Below, one piece after another: positions 23,036 through 36,799 of a stretch of 64,000 nt of DNA. The stretch covers positions 2,356,001-2,420,000 of the forward strand of contig CM075991.1 in assembly GCA_038087875.1 (NCBI GenBank), given 5' to 3'. The stretch is from Malacoraja senta. Lineage: Eukaryota. The notes beneath the pieces were generated by a model. The model was not told the DNA's origin and ran no database searches. It saw only the letters and a program-made list of their open reading frames with translations. Position 1 is the first letter of the stretch. Every line of letters starts with the position of its first letter. A program made the position numbers and the translations under genes.

Positions 23036-23607
23036 GAGGAGGAATTGCTTTAGACAGAGCATGATGAATCTGTGGAATTCATTGCCACGGAAGGCTGTGG
23101 AGGCCAAGTCAATGGATATATCTAAGGTGGAGACTGATATAGGTTATTGATTAGTTGGGGTGTCGAGGTGTGGGGAGAAGGCAGGAGAATGGGGATGAAA
23201 GGCGACGATGGATCAGTCATGATTGAATTGCGGAGTAGTCTTGATGGGCCAAATGGCCTAATTCTGATTCTGCAACTCATGAACTTATGAAGAGCCTTTA
23301 ATAGCCTGTCAATAAAGAGCCCCTTTGCAACACACATAAATGCAGAATGTATATAGTAATTGGACAATGCATCATAGTCTTAGAGATGATAGAAAAGAAC
23401 AAGCAGTTAATTAAATCAGGCATCATCTCTTGAGTCAAATTTTCTGCAATAAAAATGTGGTTCATGAATATAGCAATAAAATTAATAGCAATGTGATAAT
23501 GCAGACCATAAATAAAAAGTGATTGTCACAAATTTTGATATACCTTAAACAAATCAATTCTGTGGTAAAATTTATCATTGCTGCATGCTGCATACCACTG
23601 ATAATCG

Positions 23608-24070
23608 ACCTGGGCCTCCTCCACTGTCAGAGGGAGGCCGAACGCAAATTGGAGGAACAGCACCTCATATTTCGCTTGGCCAACTTACAACCCAGTGGTA
23701 TGATTATTGATTTCTCTAACTTCAAGTAACCCTTGCATCCCCACTCTCCACGTCCCTCCCCTCACCCTAGTCATCATACTAGTTTCACTGTCGTCTTGGT
23801 GAGTTGCACTGACTACCCGTATAACTCGATATCATCTAGCCCACAGCCAACAATGGACCATTGTGAGTTCCAGCTTTCCTTGATCTTCATCCAATTTTGC
23901 ATATCTTTCATTCATTCGTTCCATATCTCTCTATATCAACGGCAATATCTCACGTTTCCCTTTCCCCTGACTCTCAGTCTGAAGAAAGGTCTCAACACAA
24001 ATGTCCCCTAATCCTTTTCTCTAGAGATGCTGCCTGATCTGCAGTTACTCCAGCTTTGTGTGTCTATCTC
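23608..24070 (+). mobile_element. Penelope-like 3' end (GIY-YIG C-terminus plus pLTR)
   Basis: LGLLHCQREAERKLEEQHLIFRLANLQPSGMIIDFSNFK* followed by a degenerate pLTR. Confidence 0.82.
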
Positions 24071-26169
24071 TGATCTCTGTGGGTCTAATATGATTACACT
24101 TTAATCATATTTTCTACTTAGCTATTCCCTAATCTCTAATTGTTCTCATGCGTTTGCTGAACCAGGTCTAGCTCAGCTATTAAAGAATAAAAACCATGGC
24201 TCAAGGTACAGATTCTGCACTTCATGCATGATAAAATGTACAACTACACCCAGATTTGAGAGCACATAGTCTACTCATGGCATGATGATGTCCTTGGCAG
24301 GACATTGCTTTGAATCTATGAGCTGTAACAAAATATACAGTACAATCCACAGTAAGCAAAATACAGTGGACGCAAGAAACATGAAGTAAAATCTCAGTAC
24401 AGTAACATGGGGGAAGGGAAGGTGGCCATTCTGCCCATTATCTGCTATAACCAAGTGAGGGATTACCTAGTATTGGAATATCATTGCGTAAGTAGCAGAA
24501 ACAAAGAACGAATAACTCAGCGGGTCAGGCAGCATCTCTGAAGGACATGGACAGGTGACGTTTTGGGTCGAGACCCTTCTTCAGACTCTCGGTCTGGAAC
24601 TGGGCCTGGAATCCAGGTGAGTTGAGGTGAGGATTGGCGGAGTCAATGGTCGTGGCCCGCGGGGGGCCGGAGTGCGGGGGGCCGGGATGCGGGTAAGGGT
24701 TGGCGGTGTTTATACATCTCTGGAGAACATGGATAGGTGATATTTTGAGTGGAGACCTTTCTTAGACTCAAGAAACATCACCTATCCATGTTCTCCATGG
24801 AAGTCACCTGAAACGCAGTTACTCCAGCACTTTGTATCAATGTTTGTAAACCAGCATCTGCAGTTCCTTGTATCTCATTGCGAGTCCATACTCCACAAGG
24901 AAATAAGAACACAGATTTCGATATGAAGTTACTGATACATGCTTCCGTCTTCTTCTGAGTTCTACATACATGACTGCCAGCTTATCCCAGCCAACTGAAT
25001 TTGACCTCACACCGACCTGAAATACCGCCTGTCCATTCCCTCCCCAGATGCTGCCTGACCCAGTGAATTCCTTCAGCACATTGTGTTTTGCTCCAGATTC
25101 CAGTACCGGCAGTCTCTGTGTCTGCATAGATAAGGCGGATGGTTAAACGTTAACAGTGCTGATCTTACTCTTTATTTTTGCCGTGGAGATTCTCTGTTCC
25201 TATAGGGCTACCACACTACAGTATATTCCGCATTGACTATCCGCAAACCTACAAACCTATACGTCTTTAGAGTGTGGGAAGAAACCAAAGCTCTCGGAGA
25301 AAACCCACGCGGGTCACGGGGTGGACGTACAAACTCCACATAGACAGCACTCGTAGTCAGGATCGAACCCGTGTCTCCGGCGCTGCAAGCGCTGTAAGGC
25401 AGCAACTCTACCGCTGCGCCACCCAATATAGTCGAAGTGGCTGTGGGAGGCAGTAAATTTATAGAAGATGTTAGTGGATTGTTTGTCTCCTGAGGAGGAG
25501 ACAGAGAAATGCAGAAAATGGAGTGTTGAGAATGGTACAAAATCTGTAAAGCATTGAATTATATAAAATATTGTTCTCAAATTACAACTATGAATGTTGA
25601 ATATTAAAATCCTGCAAGTTATTGGGTGACAATAGACAGTAGACAATAGGTGTAGGAGTAGGGCATTTGGCCCTTCGAGCCAGCACCACCATTTACTAGT
25701 TCTATAACTTATAATAAAACCTACAGAGAACAATATTTGTGTACAGAGACAACAGATTAGATTAGACAACAGATTGACAACAGACAGCAGGCAACAAATC
25801 AGTATATCTATTGCAAATGATTTGATCCATTCCACTGCCTGATTTTATCCCCGGCCTGTGAGAGGTTTAACATTTTGAATCAGCTCTCAATGGCAATTCA
25901 TCTACACATTAGAAGAAACTGGATTAGTCAAATGGCCAACAGCAAATGAATCTGCACAGGAGCTTAGAGTTTAACTAGACTAAGTGGGACCCGTTGGGTC
26001 CCAGTCACACGGGAGGCCTGGTCCCCCAACGCAACCCATTCTGCAAAGCAATGTTCCCCCAACGCAACCCGTTCCCCCAACGCAACATTCCACCACTCAC
26101 CCATAGCCCCTAACTGCGCAGGCTCGGCTCATTTCCCCTCAACCCCCAGCACTCCCTCCCCCTCCTCTT

Positions 26170-26760
26170 CATGTTTGGAAGGGGAGGGGGGAAGGGAAGT
26201 GGGGTGGGAAAGGTAGTGGGGTGTGTGGCGGGGGGGGGTGGTGGGGGTGTGGGGTGAGGAGGAGGGGAGGGGAGGTGCGTGTGGGCGGGGAGTTGTTGGA
26301 GGAGGGGAGAGGGTGGTCTGGGGGGAAGGGGGGTGTGGGGGAGGGGGGGTGAGGTGAGGGGGGTGTGGGGTGGGAGGGGAGGTGTGTATGTGGGCTGGAG
26401 AGGTGTGGTAGGAGGGATGTGGGAAGGACGGAGGGGTGGTGTGGGGGAGGGGGTGTGTGGGCGGGGGAGGTGTGTGGGGGCGAGGTGTTGGGATGGGGAC
26501 AGGGGTGTGGTGGCAGGGGAGGGGTGTGGGGGCATAGGGGGGTTGTGGGGGGAATGGGTGTGTGAGCGGGGGGGGTGTTGTGGGGGGAGAGGAGTGTGTG
26601 GGTGGATGGGGGGAGAGTGCCGTGTGGGTCAGGGCTGAAAGGGGAGGAGAGAGCTCGAAGAAAAGACGAGGAAGAGCCATGGGGGAGAGGTGGTATCATG
26701 GGGGAGGGGGGCAGGAGCCAGCGAGGGGGACCAGAGGAGAAGGGGCTGGAGCACGCAGTG
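26170..26760. repeat. G-rich low-complexity tract
   Basis: Dense runs of GGG/GGGG separated by T, A and GTGT. Confidence 0.9.
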
Positions 26761-27224
26761 CAATGTGGACTCACAGTGGGCGCTGGGCGCTCTCCTCCGC
26801 CGGGATCAGAGTCTCCGCTTTTGGTTTGGCGACTCCGACTCCACGTCGCACCACGCAGTTCTGGGTCGGGCCGGGCTGAGCTGAGCTGGGCCGCTTCTGG
26901 TCCCTCCGAAAATTGTGTCCGGTTGGAGACCTCCGCCAGGCACCCTCAGCTCCAGTAAAGACACGATGGCGCAAGAAGGGGCGGACCGTCCCGGGGAGTG
27001 ACAGGAGAAGAGACCAATCCGAGCAGCGCTGACTGGCAGGAGAGGAGATCGATCAGCACACGCACGTTTTTTACGATTTTTAAACCTCGCTAACTTTTAC
27101 AATATGCCACTGATCGGAATAAAACGTAGTGCACTCGCAGCACAGGAGAACGGTGAGTGAGCTGGCAAAAAATCGTAGCGCAATCCCGTACCGTTTTTGC
27201 GCAAATAGAAAAACCGCACAAACC

Positions 27225-27932
27225 AGTCTATGAAAGTAAGCATGCAGATACAGCAGGCAGTGAAGAAAGCGAATGGCATGTTGGCCTTTATAACAAGAGG
27301 AATCGAATATAGGAGCAAAGAGGTCCTTCTGCAGTTGTACAGAGCCCTAGTGAGACCACACCTGGAGTATTGTGTGCAGTTTTGGTGCCCTAATTTGAGG
27401 AAGGACATTCTTGCTATTGAGGGGGTGCAGCGTAGGTTTACAAGGTTAATTCCCGGGATGGCGGGACTGTCATATGCTGAGAGAATGGAGCAGCTGGGCT
27501 TGTACACTCTGGAGTTTAGAAGGATGAGAGGGAATCTTATTGAGACATATAAGATTGTTGGACATATAAGGGCGTGGACACTTTAGAGGCAGGAAACATG
27601 TTCCCGATGTTGGGGGAGTCCAGAACCAGGGGCCACAGTTTAAGAATAAGGAGTAAGCCATTTAGAACGGAGACGAGGAAACACTTTTTCTCACAGAGAG
27701 TCGTGAGTCTGTGGAATTCTCTGCCTCAGAGGGCGGTGGAGGCAGGTTCTCTGGATGCTTTCAAGAGAGAGCTAGATAGGGCTCTTAAAAATAGTGGAGT
27801 CAGGGGATATGGGGAGAAGACAGGAACGGGGTACTGATTGGGGATGATCAGCTATGATCACATTGAATGGCGGTGCTGGCTCGAAGGGCCGAATGGCCTA
27901 CTCCTGCACCTATTGTCTATTGTCTATTGTCT
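27225..27932 (+). mobile_element. CR1 LINE 3' fragment
   Basis: [37 protein letters not shown]; (CTATTGT)n tail; TSD AAACC. Confidence 0.9.
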
Positions 27933-27964
27933 AAACCGAATGATAACAAGATCAGAGTTTTATG

Positions 27965-28063
<99 letters not shown>

Positions 28064-28064
28064 G

Positions 28065-28128
<64 letters not shown>
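27965..28128. repeat. (GATA)n microsatellite
   Basis: About 40 near-perfect GATA units. Confidence 0.98.
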
Positions 28129-31100
28129 CATAGAAATTAGGTGCAGGAGTAGGCCATTCGGCCCTTCGAGCCTGCACCGCCATTCAATATGATCATGGCT
28201 GATCATCCAACTCAGTATCCCGTACCTGCCTTCTCTCCATACCCTCTGATCCCTTTAACCACAAGGGCCACATCTAACTCCCTCTTAAATATAGCCAATG
28301 AACTGGCCTCGACTACCCTCTGTGGCAGAGAGTTCCAGAGATTCACCACTCTCTGTGTGAAAAAAGTTCTTCTCATCTTGGTTTTAAAGGATTTCCCCCT
28401 TATCCTTAAGCTGTGACCCCTTGTCCTGGACTTCCCCAACATCGGGAGCAATCTTCCTGCATCTAGCCTGTCCAACCCCTTAAGAATTTTGTAAGTTTCT
28501 ATAAGATCCCCTCTCAATCTCCTAAATTCTAGAGAGTATAAACCAAGTCTATCCAGTCTTTCTTCTTAAGACAGTCCTGACATCCCAGGAATCAGTCTGG
28601 TGAACCTTCTCTGCACTCCCTCTATGGCAATAATGTCCTTCCTCAGATTTGGAGACCAAAACTATACGCAATACTCCCGGTGTGGTCTCACCAAGACCCT
28701 GTACAACTGCAGTAGAACCTCCCTGCTCCTATACTCAAATCCTTTTGCTATGAAAGCTAACATACCATTCGCTTTCTTCACTGCCTGCTGCACCTGCATG
28801 CCTACTTTCAATGACTGGTGTACCATGACACCCAGGTCTCGCTGCATCTCCCCTTTTCCTAGTCGGCCACCATTTAGATAATAGTCTGCTTTCCTGTTTT
28901 TGCCACCAAAATGGATAACCTCACATTTATCCACATTATACTGCATCTGCCAAACATTTGCCCACTCACCCAGCCTATCCAAGTCACCTTGCAGTCTCCT
29001 AGCATCCTCCTCACAGCTAACACTGCCCCCCAGCTTAGTGTCATCCGCATACTTGGAGATATTGCCTTCAATTCCCTCATCCAGTTCATTAATATATATT
29101 GTAAATAGCTGGGGTCCCAGCACTGAGCCTTGCGGTACCCCACTAGTCACTGCCTGCCATTGTGAAAAGGACCCGTTTACTCCTACTCTTTGCTTCCTGT
29201 TTGCCAGCCAGTTCTCTATCCACATCGATACTGAACCCCCAATGCCATGTGCTTTAAGTTTGTATACTAATCTCTTATGTGGGACCTTGTTGAAAGCCTT
29301 CTGGAAGTCCAGATACACCACATCCACTGGTTCTCCCCTATCCACGCTACTAGTTACATCCTTGAAAAATTCTATAAGATTCGTCAGACATGATTTACCT
29401 TTCATAAATCCATGCTGACTTTGTCCAATGATTTCACCACTTTCCAAATGTGCTGCTATCCCATCTTTGATAACTGACTCTAGCAGTTTCCCCACTACCG
29501 ATGTTAGACTAACTGGTCTGTATTTCCCCGTTTTCTCTCTCCCTCCCTTCTTAAAAAGTGGGGTTACGTTTGCTACCCGCCAATCCTCAGGAACTACTCC
29601 AGAATCTAAAGAGTTTTGAAAGATTATTACTAATGCATCCACTATTTCTGGAGCTACTTCCTTAAGTACTCTGGGATGCAGCCTATCTGGCCCTGGGGAT
29701 TTATCGGCCTTTAATCCATTCAATTTACCCAACACCACTTCCCGACTAACCTGGATTTCACTCAATTCCTCCAACTCCTTTGACCCGCGGTCCCCTGCTA
29801 TTTCCGGCAGATTATTTATGTCTTCCTTAGTGAAGACGGAACCAAAGTAGTTATTCAATTGGTCCGCCATATCCTTGTTCCCCATGATCAACTCACCTGT
29901 TTCTGACTGCAAGGGACCTACATTTGTTTTAACTAATCTCTTTCTTTTCACATATCTATAAAAACTTTTGCAGTCAGTTTTTATGTTCCCTGCTAGTTTT
30001 CTTTCATAATCTATTTTTCCTTTCCTAATTAAGCCCTTTGTCCTCCTCTGCAGGTCTCTGAATTTCTCCCAGTCCTCCGGTATGCTGCTTTTTCTGGCTA
30101 ATTTGTGCGCATCATCCTTCGCTTTGATACCATCCCTGATTTATAGATATATAGATATATATAGACAACAGGTGCAGGAGTAGGCCATTTGGCCCTTCGA
30201 GCCAGCACCGCCATTCAAAGTGATCATGGCTGATCACCGCAATCAGTACCCCGTTCCTGCCTTCTTCTCATACCCCTTGATTCCGTTAGCCCTAAGAGCT
30301 CTATCTAACTATTTTTTGAATGCAGCCAGTGAATCGGCCTCCACTGCCTTCTGAGGCAGAGGACTCCACAAATTCACAATTCTCTTTGTGAAAAAGTTTT
30401 TCCTCATCTCAGTTCTAAATGGCCTACCCCCTTATTCTTAAACTATGGCCCCTGGTTCTAGACTCCCCCAACATCGGGAACATGTTTCCTGCATCTAGCA
30501 TGTCCAATCAACTTAATAATGTTATATGATTCTATAAGGTCCCCTCTCATCCTTCTAGAGCTGCACTCCCACAATACCAAGAATGTCCTTCCTAACGGAT
30601 ATTTTTGAACGGCCGTGAGGGTTTAAAGCACGCCTTACTGATGAGTCATAAATCTGAAACAAGGAATTATCAAGAATATTTCCCTTGATAAATTATTTTT
30701 ACAGTATTTGTCGAAATAAAGTGCCTTGGGAATTTCCCTTGTTATCCACGGATGCACTACCTTCCCTGATTTATTCTTTTGCCAAACTGGGATGAACAAT
30801 TTTTGTAGTTCATCCATGCAGTCTTTAAAGGTCTTCCATTGCATATCCACCGTCAACCCTTTTAGAATTAATTGCCAGTCAATCTTGGCCAATTCACGTC
30901 TCATACCCTCAAAGTTACCTTTCTTTAAGTTCAGAACACTTGTTTCTGAATTAACAATGTCACTCTCCATCCTAATGAAGAACTCAACCATATTATGTTC
31001 ACTCTTGCCCAAGGGGGCACGTACAACAAGACTGCTAACTAACCCTTCCTCATTACTCAATACCCAGTCTAAAATAGCCTGCTCTCTCGTTGGTTCCTCT

Positions 31101-31468
31101 ACATGTTGATTTAGATAACTATCCCGCATACATTCCAAGAAATCCTCTTCCTCAGCACCCCTGCCAATTTGATTCACCCAATCTATATGTAGATTAAAGT
31201 CACCCATTATAACTGTTTTGCCTTTGTCGCACGCATTTCTAATTTCCTGTTTGATACCATCTCCAACTTCACTACTACTGTTAGGTGGCCTGTACACAAC
31301 ACCCACCAGCGTTTTCTGCCCCTTAGTGTTTCGCAGCTCTACCCATACCGATTCCACATCCTCGAAACTAATGTCCTTCCTTTCCATTGCGTTAATCTCC
31401 TCTCTAATCAGCAACGCTACCCCACCTCCTTTTCCTTTCTCTCTATCCCTCCTGAATATTGAATATCT
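28129..31468 (-). mobile_element. CR1 LINE, 5'-truncated, near-intact ORF2 (endonuclease part, RT, 3' UTR)
   Basis: ORFs 30635-31414, 28662-29951 ([22 protein letters not shown]) and 28212-28517; inserted within the (GATA)n array. Confidence 0.95.
30143..30731 (-). mobile_element. CR1 3' fragment with ~137 bp of non-CR1 sequence at its 5' end, nested in the larger CR1
   Basis: Host TCCCTGATTT|CCCTTG is split with ATTT duplicated; 30143-30593 is CR1 3' end, 30594-30731 is unassigned. Confidence 0.75.
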
Positions 31469-31599
<131 letters not shown>

Positions 31600-32039
31600 G
31601 TTTAGCACCAAGCAGAAGAGGAAAAAGTAATCAAAACTCAGGATATAAACTTTTTTAATCAAATTGTCTCCATGGTGTTTTGATTTTTGAGGCAAGCATT
31701 CTTATGCCTAGAACTTTGTATTGATCAATACATACAACAGTTAGGTGAGATGCAGAGCCTTATGTCCAGGATTATGAATTATATATATTGAGTTATTTTG
31801 GGACCAAATATGAATTAATATTCAATGGTAGGAAGCTTCTCACCATTGGTACAGCACGCCAACACTTTTTCTGTGAATTATTAACAGCATCCCACTGTAC
31901 CTTAATAAATCACATTATTCCCCCAACAAATCTGGTGCTTTATTAAATGGAAGAGTTTGCTCTCTCATAATAACAGGCATGGTTATTTTACAGAAACACA
32001 AAAGAGACTGCTTGTGTTTACAGAAACACAAAAGAGACA

Positions 32040-32745
32040 TGGTCCACCAACACCATCTCCCTAGTCAAGAAAGCACAGCAACGCCTCCACTTCCTTCGAC
32101 GGATGAGGAGAGCCGACCTCCCCCCTTCTGCCCTCACAACTTTTTACAGGGGTGCCATTGAGAGCATTCTTACCAGCAGTCTCTCAGTCTGGTATGGCAG
32201 TTGCTCTGCTGCTGTCCAGAAGGCCCTACAGAGAGTGGTGAGGACAGCGGAGAAGATCACTAGATCACCCCAACCAGCAATTCAAGACTTATACCCATCT
32301 CGCTGTCGCAAGAGAGCAACCAATATCATCAAAGACACCACCCACCCAGCACACAAACTGTTCACCCTCCTACCATCCGGCAAGCGCTACCGCAGCATGC
32401 GGAGCAAAACCACAAGATTCAAAAACAGCTTTTTCCCTCAGGCCATCAGACTACTCAACACACTCAAGAAAATTCCATGAACATGACACAAAGACCAACT
32501 GACTGTCAAATTAACTTTAACCCAATGTCTGCAGTATGCTACTTGCACAGTATGCTATATTGCACCTTTTATTAATGAATATTTTATATAATGTATATGC
32601 CCATTGTCTACTTTTATTGGTACACTGTCTGTCTGTGTTATAAATATTACTTGCACATTGGAGTATGGGGAAACGCAATTTCAATCCTCTGTGTAACTAC
32701 TCGTTACATTATGTGAATTGACAATAACATTACTATTACTATTAC
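32040..32745 (+). mobile_element. Rex1/Babar LINE 3' fragment
   Basis: LTTFYRGAIESILT..WYG..LQRVVRTAEKI..HPAHKLFTLLPSGKRYRS..FKNSFFPQAIRLLN; TGACAATAA plus (TTACTA)n tail. Confidence 0.88.
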
Positions 32746-33470
32746 TTGTGAGAAAAACAAATAGCTGGAGGAACTCACTGGGCCAGGCGACATCTGCGGA
32801 GGAACAGTGATGGTTGATGTTTCTGGTGGAGACCCTGCATCAGGACTGACAGTGTAGAAGGATGATAGGCAGTGAGGAGAAAGGGAGGAGAATGGCGGGG
32901 GCTGGTAGATAATAGTGGAATCAAATAAGGGGAGGGGGGGAAAGGAGGTGATAGGGAGAGGGAGCCAGGACGGGGAGGGGATAGGATGGGTGGGCCAGAG
33001 TGATCGATGCACGTATGATGGGCAGATGGAAATGTGAAAGGTGAACAAAGGGAGAGAGGATCGTAGAGCACGGAAAGAGAATTGCCGTGCATGGCGGCAG
33101 ATAGCCAGTCGGTATCGAGAGTCCGGGTTGGGTCTGAACTGGGAGGTGGGGAACTGGAACTGGAAATCATGAGGTACCAAGATGGAGGCGCAGGCAAGTC
33201 CCGAGAAAGCAAACGTGGCTGTGGTATTGGGTCTGGGTTAGGATGTGGTCGTAGAGTTGGAGGGAAGGGGGAATCACAGAGGGAGGGCAGTGAGAGAGGA
33301 GGTCGTTAAACTGTCTTCGGAGGGAGGAGGAGAACTTCTTCAAAGTAGGCATTCCTTGAGGAGATTTCGCAGTGGAGTAGACAAAATGTTTAAGAAGGAA
33401 CTGCAGATGCTGGAAAATTGAAGGTAGACAAAAATGCTGGAGAAACTCAGCGGGTGAGGCAGCATCTATG

Positions 33471-35071
33471 TGAGGTAAGGGAAACAAGCAGAGTAGCAAT
33501 GGAAACTATGAGATTCAAAGAAGAGGAGGTGCGGACACTTTTGAAAAAGATGAAAACGGATAAGTCTCCAGGTCCTGACAGGATATTCCCGAGGACATTG
33601 TGGGAAGTTAGTGTAGAAATAGCAGGGGCTATGACAGAAATATTTCAAATGTCATTAGAAACGGGAATAGTGCCGGAGGATTGGCGTACTGCGCATGTTG
33701 TTCCGTTGTTTAAAAAGGGTTCTAAGAGTAAACCTAGCAATTATAGACCTGTTAGTTTGACGTCAGTGGTGGGCAAATTAATGGAAAGGATACTTAAAGA
33801 TAATATATATAAGCATCTGGATAAGCAGGGTCTGATTAGGAACAGTCAACATGGATTTCTGCTGGAAGGTCATGTTTGACTAATCTTCTAGAATTTTTCG
33901 AAGAGGTTACTAGGGAAATTGATGAGGGTAAAGCAGTGGATGTTGTCTATATGGACTTCAGTAAGGCCTTTGACAAGGTTCCTCATGGAAGGTTGGTTAA
34001 GAAGATTCAATTGTTAGGTATTAATGGTGGAGTAGCAAGATGGATTCAACAGTGGCTGAATGGGAGATGCCTGAGAGTAATGGTGGATGGCTGTTTGTCA
34101 GGTTGGAGGCCGGTGACTAGTGGGGTGCCTCAGGGGTCCGTGTTGGGTCCACTGTTGTTTGTCATGTACATCAATGATCTGGATGATGGTGTGGAAAATT
34201 GGATTAGTAAGTATGCAGATGATACTAAGATAGGTGGTGTGGTGGATAATGAAGTAGATTTTCAAAGTCTACAGAGAGATTTAGGCCATTTGGAAGAGTG
34301 GGCTGAAAGATGGCAGATGGAGTTTAATACTGATAAATGTGAGGTACTACATCTCGGCAGGACAAATCAAAATAGGACGTACATGGTAAATGGTAGAGAA
34401 TTGAGGAATGCAGTTGAACAGAGGGATCTAGGAATAACTGTGCATAGTTCCCTGAAGGTGGAATCTCATGTAGATAGGGTGGTAAAGAAAGCTTTTGGGG
34501 TACTGGCCTTTATAAATCAGAGCATTGAATATAGAAGTTGGGATGTAATGTTAAAATTGTACAAGGCATTGGTGAGGCCAATTCTGGAGTATGGAGTACA
34601 ATTTTAGTCGCCTAATTATAGGAAGGATGTGAACAAAATAGAGAGAGTACAGAGGAGATTTACTAGAATGTTGCCTGGGTTTCAGCAACTAAGTTACAGA
34701 GAAAGGTTGAATAAGTTAGGTCTTTATTCTTTGGAGCGCAGAAGGTTAAGAGGGGACTTGATAGAGGTCTTTAAAATTATGAGCGGGTTAGACAGAGTTG
34801 ACGTGGATAAGCTTTTTCCATTGAGAGTAGGGAAGATTCAAACAAGGGGACATGACTTGAGAATTAAGGGACAGAACTTTAGGGGGAACATTAGGGGGAA
34901 CTTCTTTACTCAGAGAGTGGTAGCTGTGTGGAATGAGCTTCCAGTGGAAGTGGTGGAGGCTGGTTCGATTTTATCCTTTAAAATAGATTGGATGGGTATA
35001 TGGACGGGAAAGGAATGGAGGGTTATGGTCTGAGTGCAGGTAGATGGGACTAGGGGGAAGTATTTATTTAA

Positions 35072-35104
<33 letters not shown>

Positions 35105-35175
35105 GTTCGGCACGGACTTGAAGGGCCGAGATGGCCTGTTTCCGTGCTGTAATGGTTATATGGTTATATGGTTAT
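33471..35175 (+). mobile_element. CR1 (HER1-like) LINE, RT to 3' end, inserted in a pLTR repeat
   Basis: [38 protein letters not shown]; (ATGGTTAT)n tail; ATCTATG duplicated at both junctions. Confidence 0.92.
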
Positions 35176-36054
35176 ATCTATGGAGCAAAGGAAATAGGCA
35201 ACGTCTCGGGTCCTTGATGGACTGATGTAAGAGCGATGTGAAAGACACCTGGGGTGTGGCGTACCTGAAATTGCTAAATTCAATGTTGATACCACCGGCA
35301 CAGTGGCACAGCTGGTAGAGCTGCTGCCTCACAATGCCAGAGAACCTGGTTCGGTCCTGACCTCCAGTGCTGTCTATGTGTTATGATGGTTTGCCAGATG
35401 CTGAGACAAGTAGGGCGACAAGATGCGCTACCATGGGTGGCGCAGCAGTAGAGTCGCTGCCTTACAGCGCTTGCAGCCCCAGAGAACCGGGTTCGATCCC
35501 AACTACGGGTGCTGTATGTACATAGTTTTCCTGCACGAGATCTTCAGTTTCCTACCACATTGCAAGTTAATTGGCTTGGTGTATGTGTAAATTGTCCCTG
35601 GTGTGTGAAGGATAATATTACTGTACAGGGATCACTGGTGGGTGCGGACCCGGTGGGACAAAGGGCCTGTTTGCACGCTGTATCTCTAAACGAAACTAAT
35701 ACTGAGAACCATATACAGCACTTTTATCTTCCCCATTGCTCTATCTATTTAACTTGAGTTTCATCTGATTGTACGTATGTCTGATTCGGTTGGACAGCAT
35801 AAGAAACAAATCTTTGCACTGTACTGTTGGACAAGTGACCATAATAAACTTAAACCTACATTTCAGGGTAATTTTGAACTGAGTGGCAAAGGAAAAAGAG
35901 GAATATAGAATATGGTTACTATCTTGGTCACAACAAAATCTTCTCAAACTTGCACACAAGGCATCAGTCTGAAGAAGGGTCCTGACCCAAAATGGCGCCT
36001 ATCCCTGTTCTCCAGCAAATCTGCCTGACCCGCTGAGTTCAAGTACACAAGTTT

Positions 36055-36580
36055 TCGGTGTAGAATTAGGCCATTCGGCCCATCGAGTCCACTCTGCCAT
36101 TCAATCATTGATATCTGCCTCCTAATCCCACTTTCCTGCCTTCTCCCCATAACCCTTGACACCCGTTCTAATCAAGAATTTGTCTATCTCTGGCTTAAAT
36201 ATATCCACTAACTTGGCCTCCACAGCCCTCTGAGTTCCACAGATTAACTACCCTCTGAATAAAGAAGTTCCTCCTCACCTCCTTTTTAAAAGAGCGCCCT
36301 TTAATTCTGAGGCTGTGACCTCTGGTCCTAGACTCTCCCACCAGTGGAAACATCCTCTCCACATCCACTCTATCTATGCCTTTTATAATTCTGTGAGTTT
36401 CAATGAGGTCCCCCCTCAACCTTCTAAACTCCAGCGAGTAGAGGCCCAGTGCTGTCAAGCGCTCATCATATGCTAACGCACACATTCCTGGAATCATTCT
36501 TGTAAACCTCCTCTGGACCCGCTCCAGAGCGAGTTCATCCTTCCTCCGATATGGGGCCCAAATTTGCTAACAGTTCCTCC
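36055..36580 (-). mobile_element. CR1 LINE 3' fragment
   Basis: LGLYSLEFRRLRGDLIE..SRTRGHSLRIKG..FFIQRVVNLWNS. Confidence 0.85.
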
Positions 36581-36799
36581 AGCATTTAAAATAGAGAGAG
36601 CAAAGGGTAAGATACAGAGTGCAGAATGTGGTTCTCAGCATTGTACGGCATCCTTCTTCAGTATCCCATTCCCCTTTCCTCATTTGGTCTCTGAGGCACC
36701 GTTGTCCCTCTAAGCTGGTGAGCAGTTTGTCCATTTATGGACACAAACCAGCATCTGCAGTTCCTTGCTTCTGCACAAGGCATAGTGTGGGAAGCTTCT

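Noticed and set aside
26110..26958. Long Pro/His-rich and Gly-rich ORFs
   Set aside because: They arise from the G-rich low-complexity tract, which lacks stop codons in most frames.
27917..28206. (IYLS)n ORFs, also at 31417-31695
   Set aside because: Translations of the (TATC)n microsatellite.
28600..29619. Plus-strand ORFs opposite the CR1 RT
   Set aside because: Antisense shadows of the CR1 ORF2, repeated at every CR1 copy.
30638..30660. CTGATGAG..GAAAC hammerhead-like string
   Set aside because: No convincing stem II pairing between the core boxes; probably chance.
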